Positions 8,144 through 16,869 are shown, numbered from the stretch's first letter. The stretch: 45,775 bases of DNA from a virus (IMGVR_UViG_2718218398_000003), one strand, 5' to 3'. Numbers and translations: made by a program. Notes: a model not told the origin generated them from the sequence alone.

Positions 8144-8168
8144 AATGAAAAGCCACCTTTGGGTGGCT
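8144..8168 (-). terminator. intrinsic terminator downstream of cI
   Basis: AGCCACC-tttg-GGTGGCT hairpin followed on the minus strand by a U-rich run; 20 nt past the cI stop. Confidence 0.7.
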
Positions 8169-8188
8169 AATTGATGAGGAGGTAAGGG

Positions 8189-8881
8189 TTAATTGTGTCG
8201 CTTAAGGGTTTGTGACTGGCTGATTAAGACCTTTCCAAAGACCATAAACCGGTGTTCATTTTCGCTGGTAATTCCCCATTCACGGTAAATCTGGTTATCA
8301 GAAATCACCAGTAGTTTGTCAGGTATCATTTGCAGTCGTTTGACATAAATTTTATCATCAAAACCAAATACATAGATACCATCTCCATCAAACTGATTGA
8401 TACTGACATCAACGAAGATGAGATCTCCTGGCTCAATGGTTGGACACATACTGTCCCCACGAACGTTGATAACTTTAATGTGATTGGCTGGCCGTCCGCC
8501 AAACATCGATACAGCATTATCAGTTCTGTATTCAATGGCATGAATCACATCAATGACATCACCGCCCTGGATAAGGCCATTTCCCGCACTGGCACTGACA
8601 TCCAGCATTTCAATACGGAATACATCCTTCACCTGCGCAACATCCTCACTAATACTGTTTTTACATACAGTATTACTTTTGACGTCTGAGGTAAAGAGAT
8701 CTGCAATATCAACACCTAAGCTCCTGGCAATATTACTCAGGGCTTGTTCAGTGAATTGTTTCTGCTTACCTGTTTCCAGGCGTGAGATATTCGCCGCATC
8801 CACTCCTATTGCTTCAGCGAGATCGGCGATTTTCATGTTCTTCGCCTGGCGAAGTTGTCTGACTCGGTTTCCTATGTTCAT
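8189..8881 (-). CDS. cI: cI-type phage repressor (HTH-XRE N-domain plus S24 LexA-like autopeptidase C-domain)
   Basis: 230 aa; N-terminal HTH (...IADLAEAIGVDAANISRLETG...); C-terminal ...GDSMCPTI...YVKRL... carries the Ser/Lys dyad of S24 peptidases; divergent from the cro-like gene. Confidence 0.9.
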   Translation of the reverse strand: MNIGNRVRQLRQAKNMKIADLAEAIGVDAANISRLETGKQKQFTEQALSNIARSLGVDIADLFTSDVKSNTVCKNSISEDVAQVKDVFRIEMLDVSASAGNGLIQGGDVIDVIHAIEYRTDNAVSMFGGRPANHIKVINVRGDSMCPTIEPGDLIFVDVSINQFDGDGIYVFGFDDKIYVKRLQMIPDKLLVISDNQIYREWGITSENEHRFMVFGKVLISQSQTLKRHN

Positions 8882-8901
8882 GCGTTTATTACATTTCTTT
8901 A

Positions 8902-8964
8902 TTGCGTGTTAAGCAAATCAACTTGCGCAAAATATTTGCGTGAAATAATATGCTCATCACGCAA
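8902..8964. promoter_or_regulatory. OR-like operator/promoter region between cI and cro
   Basis: Contains TTGCGTGTTAAGCAA (15-bp site), the 8-bp palindrome TTGCGCAA, and inverted repeat TTGCGTGA-N13-TCACGCAA in the 97-bp divergent intergenic region. Confidence 0.6.
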
Positions 8965-8978
8965 TATGTGGAGGTAAT

Positions 8979-9239
8979 ATGCAATCACCATTACGGAATG
9001 TGCGTAAGGCGCACGGATTTACTTTGCAGCATGTTGCTGCTGGCGTTCAGGTCAATCCAGCGACGCTGAGTCGTATTGAAAGACTGGAACAAGTTCCATC
9101 TATCGATCTTGCAGAACGTCTGGCCAATTTTTTTAAGGGTGAAATCAGCGAAATGCAGATTCTTTATCCGGCACGTTTTCAATCTAGCCAAAACCAGAAT
9201 GGGTTTAAACCACAGGAACAGGAGGTAAGCCGTGGGTAA
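8979..9239 (+). CDS. cro: Cro-like HTH regulator
   Basis: 86 aa with HTH (...FTLQHVAAGVQVNPATLSRIERLEQ...), divergent from cI. Confidence 0.8.
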   Translation: MQSPLRNVRKAHGFTLQHVAAGVQVNPATLSRIERLEQVPSIDLAERLANFFKGEISEMQILYPARFQSSQNQNGFKPQEQEVSRG

Positions 9240-9783
9240 TCATCACTGGAAAGTGGAAAAACAGCCTGAGTGGTACGTGAAAGCTGTCAGAAAAACTATC
9301 GCAAAGTTGCCGGGTGGTTACGCTGAAGCAGCTGACTGGCTGGATGTAACAGAGAACGCATTATTTAACCGCCTTCGTGCCGATGGCGATCAGATTTTCC
9401 CGCTGGGATGGGCAATGATTTTGCAACGTGCTGGTGGAACTCACTTCATTGCTGACGCTGTGGCGCAGTCTGCAAATGGCGTCTTTGTGTCTCTTCCTGA
9501 CGTCGAGGATGTGGACAACGCCGATATTAACCAGCGCCTGCTGGAAGTCATTGAACAGATCGGCAGTTATTCAAAACAGATTCGTTCAGCAATTGAAGAC
9601 GGTGTAGTGGAACCGAATGAGAAGACAGCAATTAACGACGAGCTGTACCTCTCAATTTCGAAGCTGCAGGAGCATGCAGCACTGGTCTACAAAATTTTTT
9701 GCATTTCAGAAAGTAATGACGCCCGCGAGTGTGCAGCTCCGGGCGCCGTGGCGTGTCGTGACTGTGGAGAAACTAACGCATGA
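9232..9783 (+). CDS. phage regulatory protein (possibly YdaT-like)
   Basis: GTG start with GGAGG 6 nt upstream, overlapping the cro stop; 183 aa; position after cro as in ydaS/ydaT-type pairs; family assignment is tentative. Confidence 0.55.
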   Translation: MGNHHWKVEKQPEWYVKAVRKTIAKLPGGYAEAADWLDVTENALFNRLRADGDQIFPLGWAMILQRAGGTHFIADAVAQSANGVFVSLPDVEDVDNADINQRLLEVIEQIGSYSKQIRSAIEDGVVEPNEKTAINDELYLSISKLQEHAALVYKIFCISESNDARECAAPGAVACRDCGETNA

Positions 9784-10118
9784 ACAGTTTAACAACACAC
9801 TACCGTCGCTCGCAACTGATTGCGCTTCCTGTACCGGGTGGAAAAGCGAAGGTGGAGTATTGCTATGCAGTAAATGTACTAGGTGACAGGGAAATTGTAA
9901 CCCACAGCTTTGCAGAGTGGGCTGTGGGTGATTTCAACCGGCAGAAGGAGACAGTCCTTTGCGACAAGTTAACCGCTGGTTCAAAGATCACTACGGAGTG
10001 CCCGTCAGAGTCATTCGTTGGGAGCCGGAAACACAACGGGTTATCTACCTCCGCGAAGGCTATGAGCATGAGTGCTTCAGCCCGCTCGAACAGTTTCGTC
10101 GTAAATTCAGGGAAGTAG
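9780..10118 (+). CDS. hypothetical protein, probably frameshifted (see findings)
   Basis: ATG overlaps the previous stop (ATGA). The N-terminal 60 aa look protein-like but the C-terminal half is Ser-rich low complexity, while the -1 frame from about 9932 to 10138 reads as a plausible protein and overlaps the O start. Confidence 0.35.
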   Translation: MNSLTTHYRRSQLIALPVPGGKAKVEYCYAVNVLGDREIVTHSFAEWAVGDFNRQKETVLCDKLTAGSKITTECPSESFVGSRKHNGLSTSAKAMSMSASARSNSFVVNSGK

Positions 10119-10127
10119 AGGTCGGTC

Positions 10128-11099
10128 ATGAGCACTAAATTAACCGGCTATGTATGGGATGGTTGCGCTGCATCAGGCATGAAATTATCCAGCGTGGCAA
10201 TTATGGCCCGCCTGGCTGATTTCAGTAATGACGAAGGTGTGTGCTGGCCATCAATTGAAACCATTGCCCGTCAGATTGGCGCGGGGATGAGTACCGTCAG
10301 AACGGCTATCGCACGGCTGGAAGCAGAAGGCTGGTTAACGCGTAAGGCGCGTCGCCAGGGTAACCGCAATGCGTCGAATGTTTATCAGCTTAACGTTGCG
10401 AAGCTTCAGGCAGCGGCATTTTCTCAACTGTCAGATTCTGACCCGTCAAAATCTGACGCATCAAAATCTGACGCATCAAAATCTGACGCATCAAAATCTG
10501 ACCCGTCAAAATTTGATGCGTCGAAATCTGGCAAAAAAGCGGGTTTTCACCCGTCAGAATCTGGCGGGGATCCGTCAGTAAAATCAAAACATGATCCGTC
10601 AGATAAAAAACCTTCTCGTCCGGACGCTTCGCAACCGGACACGCAGACGGCTGAACAGGATTTTTTAACTCGCCATCCTGATGCGGTTGTATTCAGCCCT
10701 AAAAAGCGCCAGTGGGGGACGCAGGATGATTTGACCTGCGCACAGTGGCTCTGGAAAAAAATCATCGCCCTGTACGAGCAGGCTGCCGAATGTGACGGCG
10801 AGGTGGTTCGTCCCAAAGAACCGAACTGGACAGCCTGGGCAAACGAAATTCGCCTGATGTGTGTGCAGGATGGTCGTACTCACAAACAAATCTGCGAGAT
10901 GTACAGCCGCGTCAGCCGCGATCCGTTCTGGTGCCGTAACGTGCTCAGCCCGTCGAAGCTGCGGGAAAAATGGGATGAGCTTTCTCTGCGCTTATCGCCG
11001 TCCGTCAGCACGTACACAGAAAAACGCGAAGACCCGTACTTCAAAGCCAGTTACGACAATGTGGACTACAGCCAGATCCCGGCAGGATTCAGGGGGTGA
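10128..11099 (+). CDS. replication initiator (lambda O-like; N-terminal HTH, iteron-containing)
   Basis: 323 aa; N-terminal winged-HTH-like region; internal SKSDASKSDASKSDASKSD repeat encoded by 15-bp DNA iterons, as in lambda O / ori. Confidence 0.85.
   Translation: MSTKLTGYVWDGCAASGMKLSSVAIMARLADFSNDEGVCWPSIETIARQIGAGMSTVRTAIARLEAEGWLTRKARRQGNRNASNVYQLNVAKLQAAAFSQLSDSDPSKSDASKSDASKSDASKSDPSKFDASKSGKKAGFHPSESGGDPSVKSKHDPSDKKPSRPDASQPDTQTAEQDFLTRHPDAVVFSPKKRQWGTQDDLTCAQWLWKKIIALYEQAAECDGEVVRPKEPNWTAWANEIRLMCVQDGRTHKQICEMYSRVSRDPFWCRNVLSPSKLREKWDELSLRLSPSVSTYTEKREDPYFKASYDNVDYSQIPAGFRG
10431..10535. repeat. replication origin iterons: 7 tandem 15-bp repeats (consensus TCAAAATCTGACGCA)
   Basis: Three perfect copies at 10446-10490 flanked by four degenerate copies; further CCGTCAG-containing degenerate repeats to about 10610; all inside the initiator gene. 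Confidence 0.85.
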
Positions 11100-11101
11100 T
11101 C

Positions 11102-11590
11102 ATGAGTCTTTTGAATGAAGTTCAGAAATTCATTGAAGCCCATCCGGGGTGTACTTCCGGAGACATTGCGGATGCTTTTGCAGGTTACTCACGGCAGCGC
11201 GTTCTGCAGTCAGCAAGCAAGTTACGTCAGAGTGGGCGTGTGGCTCACCGTTGTGAAGGGGATACACGCAGACATTTCCCGCGCCAGACAAAGATATCGC
11301 CGGAGGCGGAACGGCAACCAGTTCGTGAAACCAGACCTGTGCGCAATTTCTATGTCGGCACTAACGACCCGCGGGAGATTTTATGCCTGACCCGCCAGGC
11401 TGAAGAACTGGAGTCCAGGGGCTTATACCGTCGTGCTGCAACGGTGTGGATGGCGGCATTCCGTGAAAGCCACTCCCAGCCAGAACGAAACAATTTTCTG
11501 GCGCGTCGTGAGCAGTGTTTACGGAAAAGCAGCAAGCGCGCTGTATCGGGTGATGAGTGGTATCTGTCAGGGAATTACGTGGGGGCTTAA
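11102..11590 (+). CDS. PerC/ANR-family-like transcriptional regulator
   Basis: C-terminal ...LTRQAEELESRGLYRRAATVWMAAF... resembles the PerC-family signature (recalled). Start at ATG 11102; track start 11096 is GTG overlapping the O stop. Confidence 0.5.
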   Translation: MSLLNEVQKFIEAHPGCTSGDIADAFAGYSRQRVLQSASKLRQSGRVAHRCEGDTRRHFPRQTKISPEAERQPVRETRPVRNFYVGTNDPREILCLTRQAEELESRGLYRRAATVWMAAFRESHSQPERNNFLARREQCLRKSSKRAVSGDEWYLSGNYVGA

Positions 11591-12243
11591 TGAGTAATAA
11601 ATATTGCCAGGAGCTGGTGGAACTGCGGAACAAACCAGCCCATGAACTGAAGGAAGTGGGCGATCAGTGGCGCACGCCGGACAACATTTTCTGGGGAATT
11701 AACACCCTGTTTGGTCCGTTTGTTCTGGATCTGTTCACTGACGGTGATAACGCCAAATGTGCTGCGTATTACACGGCGGAAGACAACGCGCTGGCGCATG
11801 ACTGGTCAGAACGCCTTGCGGAGCTTAAAGGTGCTGCCTTTGGAAATCCCCCATACAGCCGCGCCAGTCAGCATGAGGGGCAATACATCACCGGCATGCG
11901 TTACATCATGAAGCATGCCAGTGCCATGCGTGATAAGGGCGGGCGCTATGTTTTCCTGATCAAAGCTGCCACCAGCGAAGTGTGGTGGCCGGAAGATGCA
12001 GATCATATTGCTTTTATTCGCGGGCGTATTGGTTTTGAACTGCCTGCCTGGTTTATCCCGAAGGATGAGAAGCAGGTGCCGACAGGCGCTTTCTTCGCTG
12101 GTGCTATTGCTGTTTTCGACAAGACCTGGAAGGGACCGGCAATCAGCTACATCGGGCGCGATGAACTTGAGGCATGTGGTGAGGCGTTTCTGGCGCAGGT
12201 TCGCCTGCAGGCGGAAAAGCTGGTCAGGGAGATGGCGGCATGA
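11590..12243 (+). CDS. phage Dam-type DNA N6-adenine methyltransferase
   Basis: Catalytic motif IV NPPY (...AAFGNPPYSRA...); ATG overlaps the upstream stop (TAATG); 217 aa. Confidence 0.8.
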   Translation: MSNKYCQELVELRNKPAHELKEVGDQWRTPDNIFWGINTLFGPFVLDLFTDGDNAKCAAYYTAEDNALAHDWSERLAELKGAAFGNPPYSRASQHEGQYITGMRYIMKHASAMRDKGGRYVFLIKAATSEVWWPEDADHIAFIRGRIGFELPAWFIPKDEKQVPTGAFFAGAIAVFDKTWKGPAISYIGRDELEACGEAFLAQVRLQAEKLVREMAA

Positions 12244-12566
12244 CGACGTTAACTCAATGCCAGCAGCAGGTGCTGGATATGCTGATTTCTTATCAGAAAG
12301 AGCGTGGCTTCCCGCCAACCAATCAGGAGGTGGCAACCATGCTGGGATACCGTTCGGTGAATGCAGCGGTGGAGCATCTTCGCGCACTGGAGAAAAAAGG
12401 CGTCATCACGATAAAGCGTGGTGTGGCCCGGGGGATCACGCTTCATACCGCGGTGAAGGACGACGACAGCAAGGCGGTCGGGATTATCCGCTCACTGCTT
12501 GCCGGTGAGGAAAACGCAAGGCTGCGTGCAACTCACTGGTTACATGAGAGAGGCCTGAAAGTATGA
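12240..12566 (+). CDS. LexA-type N-terminal DNA-binding-domain protein
   Basis: ...QQVLDMLISYQKERGFPPTNQEVATMLGYRSVNAAVEHLRALEKKGVI... matches the LexA winged-HTH DNA-binding domain pattern; no peptidase domain. Confidence 0.65.
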   Translation: MTTLTQCQQQVLDMLISYQKERGFPPTNQEVATMLGYRSVNAAVEHLRALEKKGVITIKRGVARGITLHTAVKDDDSKAVGIIRSLLAGEENARLRATHWLHERGLKV

Positions 12567-12952
12567 AGCTGATCCTGCCTTTCCCGCCCAGCGTGAACAC
12601 CTACTGGCGACACCCCAACAAAGGGGCATTTGCTGGTAAGAGCCTGATAAGCGCGGCGGGGCGAAAATTTCAGAGCGCGGCGTGCGCAGCAATAGTTGAG
12701 CAGTTACGTCGTCTGCCAAAACCAACGTCGGCACCTGCTTCAGTGGAGATCGTGTTGTTTCCTCCGGATAACCGGATCCGCGATCTGGACAACTATAACA
12801 AGGCGCTGTTTGACGCCCTGACCCACGCGGGTGTGTGGGAAGACGACAGACAGGTGAAAAGAATGCTGGTGGAGTGGGGACCGGTTATCCCGAAAGGGAA
12901 GGTCGAGATCACTATCAGTAAGTATGAGAAACCGGCGGGTGCAGCCGCCTGA
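12563..12952 (+). CDS. rusA: RusA Holliday-junction resolvase
   Basis: 129 aa; ...DLDNYNKALFDALTHAGVWEDDRQV... conserved RusA acidic motif; nin-region position. Confidence 0.85.
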   Translation: MKLILPFPPSVNTYWRHPNKGAFAGKSLISAAGRKFQSAACAAIVEQLRRLPKPTSAPASVEIVLFPPDNRIRDLDNYNKALFDALTHAGVWEDDRQVKRMLVEWGPVIPKGKVEITISKYEKPAGAAA

Positions 12953-12971
12953 TTAAGAGGAGAAACGAAGT

Positions 12972-13781
12972 ATGAATAATCTGATGGTTATTGATGGTAT
13001 TGAAGTTCGTCGTGATGCTTATGGGCGTTACAGCCTGAACGATCTGCACAGGGCAGCCGGGGGAGAACAAAAAAACCGCCCGAAATACTGGCTCTCCAAT
13101 AAGCAAACCTGTGAATTGATTGAACAACTTTTCACCGAGGGTGGAATTCCGCCTCTGGAACAAAATCAACCAGTTAGCGTCATTAATGGCGGAAATAACC
13201 AGGGGACGTATGTCTGCAAAGAACTGGTGTATGCCTATGCAATGTGGATCAGCCCGTCATTCCATCTGAAGGTGATCCGTACTTTCGATATGGTAACCAG
13301 CACACCGGAAAAATTATCCGGGCAGGCTGCTGACAAGATGCAGGCTGGCGTGATTCTGCTGGACTTTATGCGCCGGGAGTTAAACCTGTCTAACTCTTCA
13401 GTGCTTGGTGCCTGTCAGAAACTCCAGGAGGCTGTTGGCTTACCGAATCTGGCACCGCGCTATGCCATTGATGCTCCTGCTGACGCGCCTGATGGCTCAA
13501 GCCGCCCGACGCTGGCGCTGAGTGCACTGCTGAAGCAGTATGGTATCCGCCTGACGGCTAATCAGGCATATCACCAGATGGCGAAGCTGGGGATCGTTGA
13601 ACAACGCGAACGATACAGCCGTACCGCAATTAACAACATTAAAAAATTCTGGTCGCTGACGGCGAAAGGCTGCATGTTCGGCAAGAACATCACCAGTCCT
13701 GCAAATCCGCGTGAGACGCAGCCGCATTTCTTCGAATCCCGATTCCCTGAGCTGTTAAAGCTGCTCGATACCGTTCATTGA
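12972..13781 (+). CDS. KilA-N domain protein (antirepressor-like)
   Basis: Strong RBS AGAGGAG; N-terminal KilA-N signature (...YSLNDLHRAAGGEQKNRPKYWLSNKQT...CKELVYAYAMWISPSFHLKVIR...). Confidence 0.75.
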   Translation: MNNLMVIDGIEVRRDAYGRYSLNDLHRAAGGEQKNRPKYWLSNKQTCELIEQLFTEGGIPPLEQNQPVSVINGGNNQGTYVCKELVYAYAMWISPSFHLKVIRTFDMVTSTPEKLSGQAADKMQAGVILLDFMRRELNLSNSSVLGACQKLQEAVGLPNLAPRYAIDAPADAPDGSSRPTLALSALLKQYGIRLTANQAYHQMAKLGIVEQRERYSRTAINNIKKFWSLTAKGCMFGKNITSPANPRETQPHFFESRFPELLKLLDTVH

Positions 13782-13782
13782 G

Positions 13783-14778
13783 GTGACCGTGAGAGCGCTA
13801 CTGACCCCTGAAATTGCCCCGCGTATGGGGATCGTATTGTTCAGACCCGGTTCAGAGCTGATGCCCCTGTTTATGCAGGGGCGTGTCCTGCTGGAGCCTG
13901 AGCCGGAACATTATTCATCTTTTTCCAGTGGTGCCGTTCCGGCGGCATTACAACCACTGGCGGATGATCCTGCCGTTCGGGCTGTGTTCCGCAATGAGGC
14001 GGTGATCCGTCGTGCTGGTGGCGTGGAATGTCTTGAAAGCTGGTTACTTCGTGAAAAAGGCTGCCAGTGGCCTCATTCCGACTGGCACAGCGAGAACATG
14101 ACCACAATGCGACACGCTCCGGGCGCAATCCGTCTGTGCTGGCACTGCGATAACCAGCTGCGCGATCAGTTCACGGAACGGCTGGAATCAATGGCAACGG
14201 ATAACTGTGCCCGCTGGGTGTTGTCTGTCGTGCGTCGGGATCTCGGTTTTGATGACAGTCACGTTGTGACAATGCCGGAACTGTGCTGGTGGCTGGTTCG
14301 TAATGACCTGGCGGATGCCTTACCGGAAAGTGCAGCCCGTAAGGCACTGAGATTACCGAAGCCTGTTGTGCCGTCTGTCACCCGGGAAAGTGATCTTGTT
14401 CCTTCGGTTCCTGCCACCAGCATCATCCAGGATAAAGCGAAAAAGGTGCTGGCGCTGAAAGTGGAGCCGGAGTCGCCGGAGTCTTTTATGTTACGCCCAA
14501 AACGTCGCCGCTGGGTTAATGAAAAGTACACGCGCTGGGTTAAGACGCAGCCGTGTGCATGTTGTGGAAAGCCCGCCGATGATCCCCACCACCTGATAGG
14601 CCACGGTCAGGGTGGAATGGGTACAAAAGCGCATGACCTTTTTGTGTTGCCTTTGTGCAGAAAGCATCACGACGAGCTGCATGCGGATACCGTGGCATTT
14701 GAAGAGAAGTATGGCTCCCAGCTGGAGCTGATATTTCGTTTTATCGATCGTGCGCTGGCGATTGGTGTGCTGGCCTGA
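13783..14778 (+). CDS. DUF968-like protein with C-terminal Cys/His cluster
   Basis: 331 aa; C-terminal ...CACCGKPADDPHHL...CRKHHDELH... metal-binding pattern typical of the DUF968 family of lambdoid prophages (recalled). Confidence 0.7.
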   Translation: MTVRALLTPEIAPRMGIVLFRPGSELMPLFMQGRVLLEPEPEHYSSFSSGAVPAALQPLADDPAVRAVFRNEAVIRRAGGVECLESWLLREKGCQWPHSDWHSENMTTMRHAPGAIRLCWHCDNQLRDQFTERLESMATDNCARWVLSVVRRDLGFDDSHVVTMPELCWWLVRNDLADALPESAARKALRLPKPVVPSVTRESDLVPSVPATSIIQDKAKKVLALKVEPESPESFMLRPKRRRWVNEKYTRWVKTQPCACCGKPADDPHHLIGHGQGGMGTKAHDLFVLPLCRKHHDELHADTVAFEEKYGSQLELIFRFIDRALAIGVLA

Positions 14779-14795
14779 TTTTGTGGAGAAAGTTG

Positions 14796-15158
14796 ATGCG
14801 TGATATTCAGATGGTTCTGGAGCGTTGGGGAGCATGGGCGGCGAGTGATAGTTCTGGAGTAGATTATTCGCCTATAGCTGCTGGGTTTAAAGGGCTTCTT
14901 CCCTATACAAGTAAAACACGTCAGGCTTGTTCAGATAGTGATGCATTAATTATTGAAGGTTGTCTTGCTCGTCTAAAGCAAAAAAGGCCGGACGAACATT
15001 CGCTTCTTGTTGCCCATTACCTATTCGGTATCTCTAAAAGAAAGCTCGCCAAGGCTCGTAAAAAGGATGAGAAATTAATACGCATTGAGATACAGATGGC
15101 TGAGGGGTTTATTGATGGCTGCCTTTCAATGCTAGATCTAACATTAGATATGGATTAA
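14796..15158 (+). CDS. Q: late-gene antiterminator Q (phage 82/QuuD type)
   Basis: N-terminal MRDIQMVLERWGAWAA... matches the Q82-family signature; ATG with GGAG 7 nt upstream (track start is a TTG 15 nt earlier). Confidence 0.8.
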   Translation: MRDIQMVLERWGAWAASDSSGVDYSPIAAGFKGLLPYTSKTRQACSDSDALIIEGCLARLKQKRPDEHSLLVAHYLFGISKRKLAKARKKDEKLIRIEIQMAEGFIDGCLSMLDLTLDMD

Positions 15159-15165
15159 TTAAGAT

Positions 15166-15194
15166 GAGAAAGATACCTACACAGTATCTTTCTC
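15166..15194. terminator. strong hairpin (11-bp perfect stem) between convergent Q and the accessory cassette
   Basis: GAGAAAGATAC-ctacaca-GTATCTTTCTC, overlapping the stop of the 143-aa minus-strand gene and 8 nt after the Q stop; flanked by A/T-rich sequence. Confidence 0.6.
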
Positions 15195-15608
15195 AATTTG
15201 TTCAAATTTTGGTAATGGATTTGCTGTACTATTTTTTCCTATATTGATCATTATTTCCACAGTTGCTTCTCGAGAGCGTAGCAGCTTTTGCCTAAACTCA
15301 TCAGTGGTATATTTCGATGCTAATTGCTTATCAATGGTCTCGAGATCTCGGAGGCATTGCTTTCTTTTTGCTGCATCTTCTGGTGATTCAAGTCCATGAC
15401 GTGCAATTACCCAGCAAAGTATATATGTCAGGATTGCCGAAATAAGAGGTATTATTAAATATAGTAATTTCGCAAGGTTTGAATTGGCATCAGGTACGCA
15501 AAATGTTACCAGACCTGACAAAATGATCCCAAAACCGCCAGTAGAGAGGGTTGAAGTGACTGGGCTAGTTGGTTTTTTTTCATCAGACATTTGAACTGGT
15601 GCCGTCAT
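15177..15608 (-). CDS. small membrane protein (143 aa, two predicted TM helices), third gene of accessory cassette
   Basis: Hydrophobic segments GGFGIILSGLVTFCV and LLYLIIPLISAILTYILCWVI; overlaps the upstream gene by 26 nt; AT-rich; no recognised motif. Confidence 0.6.
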   Translation of the reverse strand: MTAPVQMSDEKKPTSPVTSTLSTGGFGIILSGLVTFCVPDANSNLAKLLYLIIPLISAILTYILCWVIARHGLESPEDAAKRKQCLRDLETIDKQLASKYTTDEFRQKLLRSREATVEIMINIGKNSTANPLPKFEQIEKDTV

Positions 15609-15846
15609 TCGTTGCTTCTTCTATCAGTTGAACGATAGTTTTGCTTTTGTCTTTAGGCATGACAATAGTGATTGACCGCTTATCGTTGGTGACTTCATCG
15701 ACAAAAACAAACTCAAACTTACGAACAGGGAATAACCTCCGCCATAGTAAAGCGGATGCAGCGTATGAGAAGCGAAACAGGAGAGGTGATATCATGATCA
15801 CCCCTATCCACATCGCGAGTTCTATGATCTGCTGGGTTAACATCAT
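15583..15846 (-). CDS. small membrane protein (87 aa, N-terminal TM helix), second gene of accessory cassette
   Basis: ATG 7 nt after the stop of the upstream gene; hydrophobic N-terminus IIELAMWIGVIMISPLLF; translationally coupled layout. Confidence 0.5.
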   Translation of the reverse strand: MMLTQQIIELAMWIGVIMISPLLFRFSYAASALLWRRLFPVRKFEFVFVDEVTNDKRSITIVMPKDKSKTIVQLIEEATNDGTSSNV

Positions 15847-15852
15847 TCCTGT

Positions 15853-16716
15853 TTAAGCTGGTCGTCTACGTTTAACTTTTTTGATAGCATAACGGTTTGT
15901 TACGCCACGCGCAGTAAATGTTTTTGTTGTTTCTAAATCAACAACATAAAGGTCCTCTTTTGAAAATTGTACTGTTGCAGCCTGAACCTGCGAAAGGAAA
16001 ACATTGTCATCTAGGCTTACTGAATGTTCTTCACCAAGATAATCAATTCGCCATCCCTTATTCCCTTCAAAGTTTACTTGAATGAATCTGACGTTAACCT
16101 CATCAATAGAAACTTCTTTTTCTAGTAAAGTACCACGTGGTAGTGGTTTGATTTCTTCAGTTTCTTCTCCTTCAAGCTTGAGAATCTCTTCTCCATTATC
16201 ATCAGTAATTTTGAAGATCGGGCGCTCTTTACCATCTAGTGGTGCTCTAACTACGTTAACTAAGGCTTGTCGTATTTCGGGATCAGTCACTAACTTTGCA
16301 ACAGCCTCATGACAAATAATTTCTTCTCCATCAAGTTCTAATACTGCTTCTTGTGTGTCGACCTTTCGAGTAACAGAAATAACCTTTCTACTCCCCAATT
16401 GTCGAATCAATGCAAGAGCTGAGCCACCAGCTAATGCACCACCAGCAACAGTGAGTCCAATTGCTTTGGCGACATCGACAGCATGAGGAACTAACTCTTG
16501 CATTGAATAAATAACACCGATTGATCCAGGTGCAGCAGGAGCGGTAACCATCAATTTGACTGTTTCCTGCCCATCATTAAGATTTCGATCCGCCTTTGCA
16601 ATAAGGTCAGCCATAGACCCTATTGATAAACTTAGTGTTTTTGCATCAATCTTATGCTGTGCTAATTCTTCATCTTCGGCATCATAGAAGACTTTGAAAG
16701 TGGTAGAACTATCCAA
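15853..16716 (-). CDS. hypothetical protein (287 aa), first gene of accessory cassette
   Basis: TTG start with GAGG 5 nt upstream; internal Gly/Ala-rich hydrophobic stretch AIGLTVAGGALAGGSALALI; acidic repeats; no recognised catalytic motif. Confidence 0.6.
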   Translation of the reverse strand: MDSSTTFKVFYDAEDEELAQHKIDAKTLSLSIGSMADLIAKADRNLNDGQETVKLMVTAPAAPGSIGVIYSMQELVPHAVDVAKAIGLTVAGGALAGGSALALIRQLGSRKVISVTRKVDTQEAVLELDGEEIICHEAVAKLVTDPEIRQALVNVVRAPLDGKERPIFKITDDNGEEILKLEGEETEEIKPLPRGTLLEKEVSIDEVNVRFIQVNFEGNKGWRIDYLGEEHSVSLDDNVFLSQVQAATVQFSKEDLYVVDLETTKTFTARGVTNRYAIKKVKRRRPA

Positions 16717-16844
16717 TTTTGCCTCAGTTTATTTTTAATTCTATCCTGTAGACTTAAATTAACGTGAAAGAGATGAAAAATCACTAACGCGGTCCGCATT
16801 TTTTCATTTAGCATGTTAAGAGTGGTTACTTCGCCACACAACTT

Positions 16845-16869
16845 AAACCCGCCGCTGAGCGGTTTTTTT
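16845..16869 (+). terminator. short hairpin plus T7 run (possible tR'-like terminator of the late leader)
   Basis: AAACCCGCCGC-tga-GCGG followed by TTTTTTT; located in the intergenic region upstream of the late/lysis genes. Confidence 0.45.

Noticed and set aside
10369-10587. ORFs reading QNLTHQNLTHQNLT and ILMRQILMRQ across the iteron array; also considered as a CRISPR-like array
   Set aside because: These are alternative-frame translations of the 15-bp ori iterons; the repeats are contiguous with no spacers, so this is not CRISPR.
11806-12508. ORFs 11806-12387 (minus) and 11996-12508 (plus) overlapping the Dam-type methyltransferase and the LexA-domain gene
   Set aside because: Out-of-frame or antisense to two well-supported, translationally coupled genes; Arg/Pro/Ser-rich composition.
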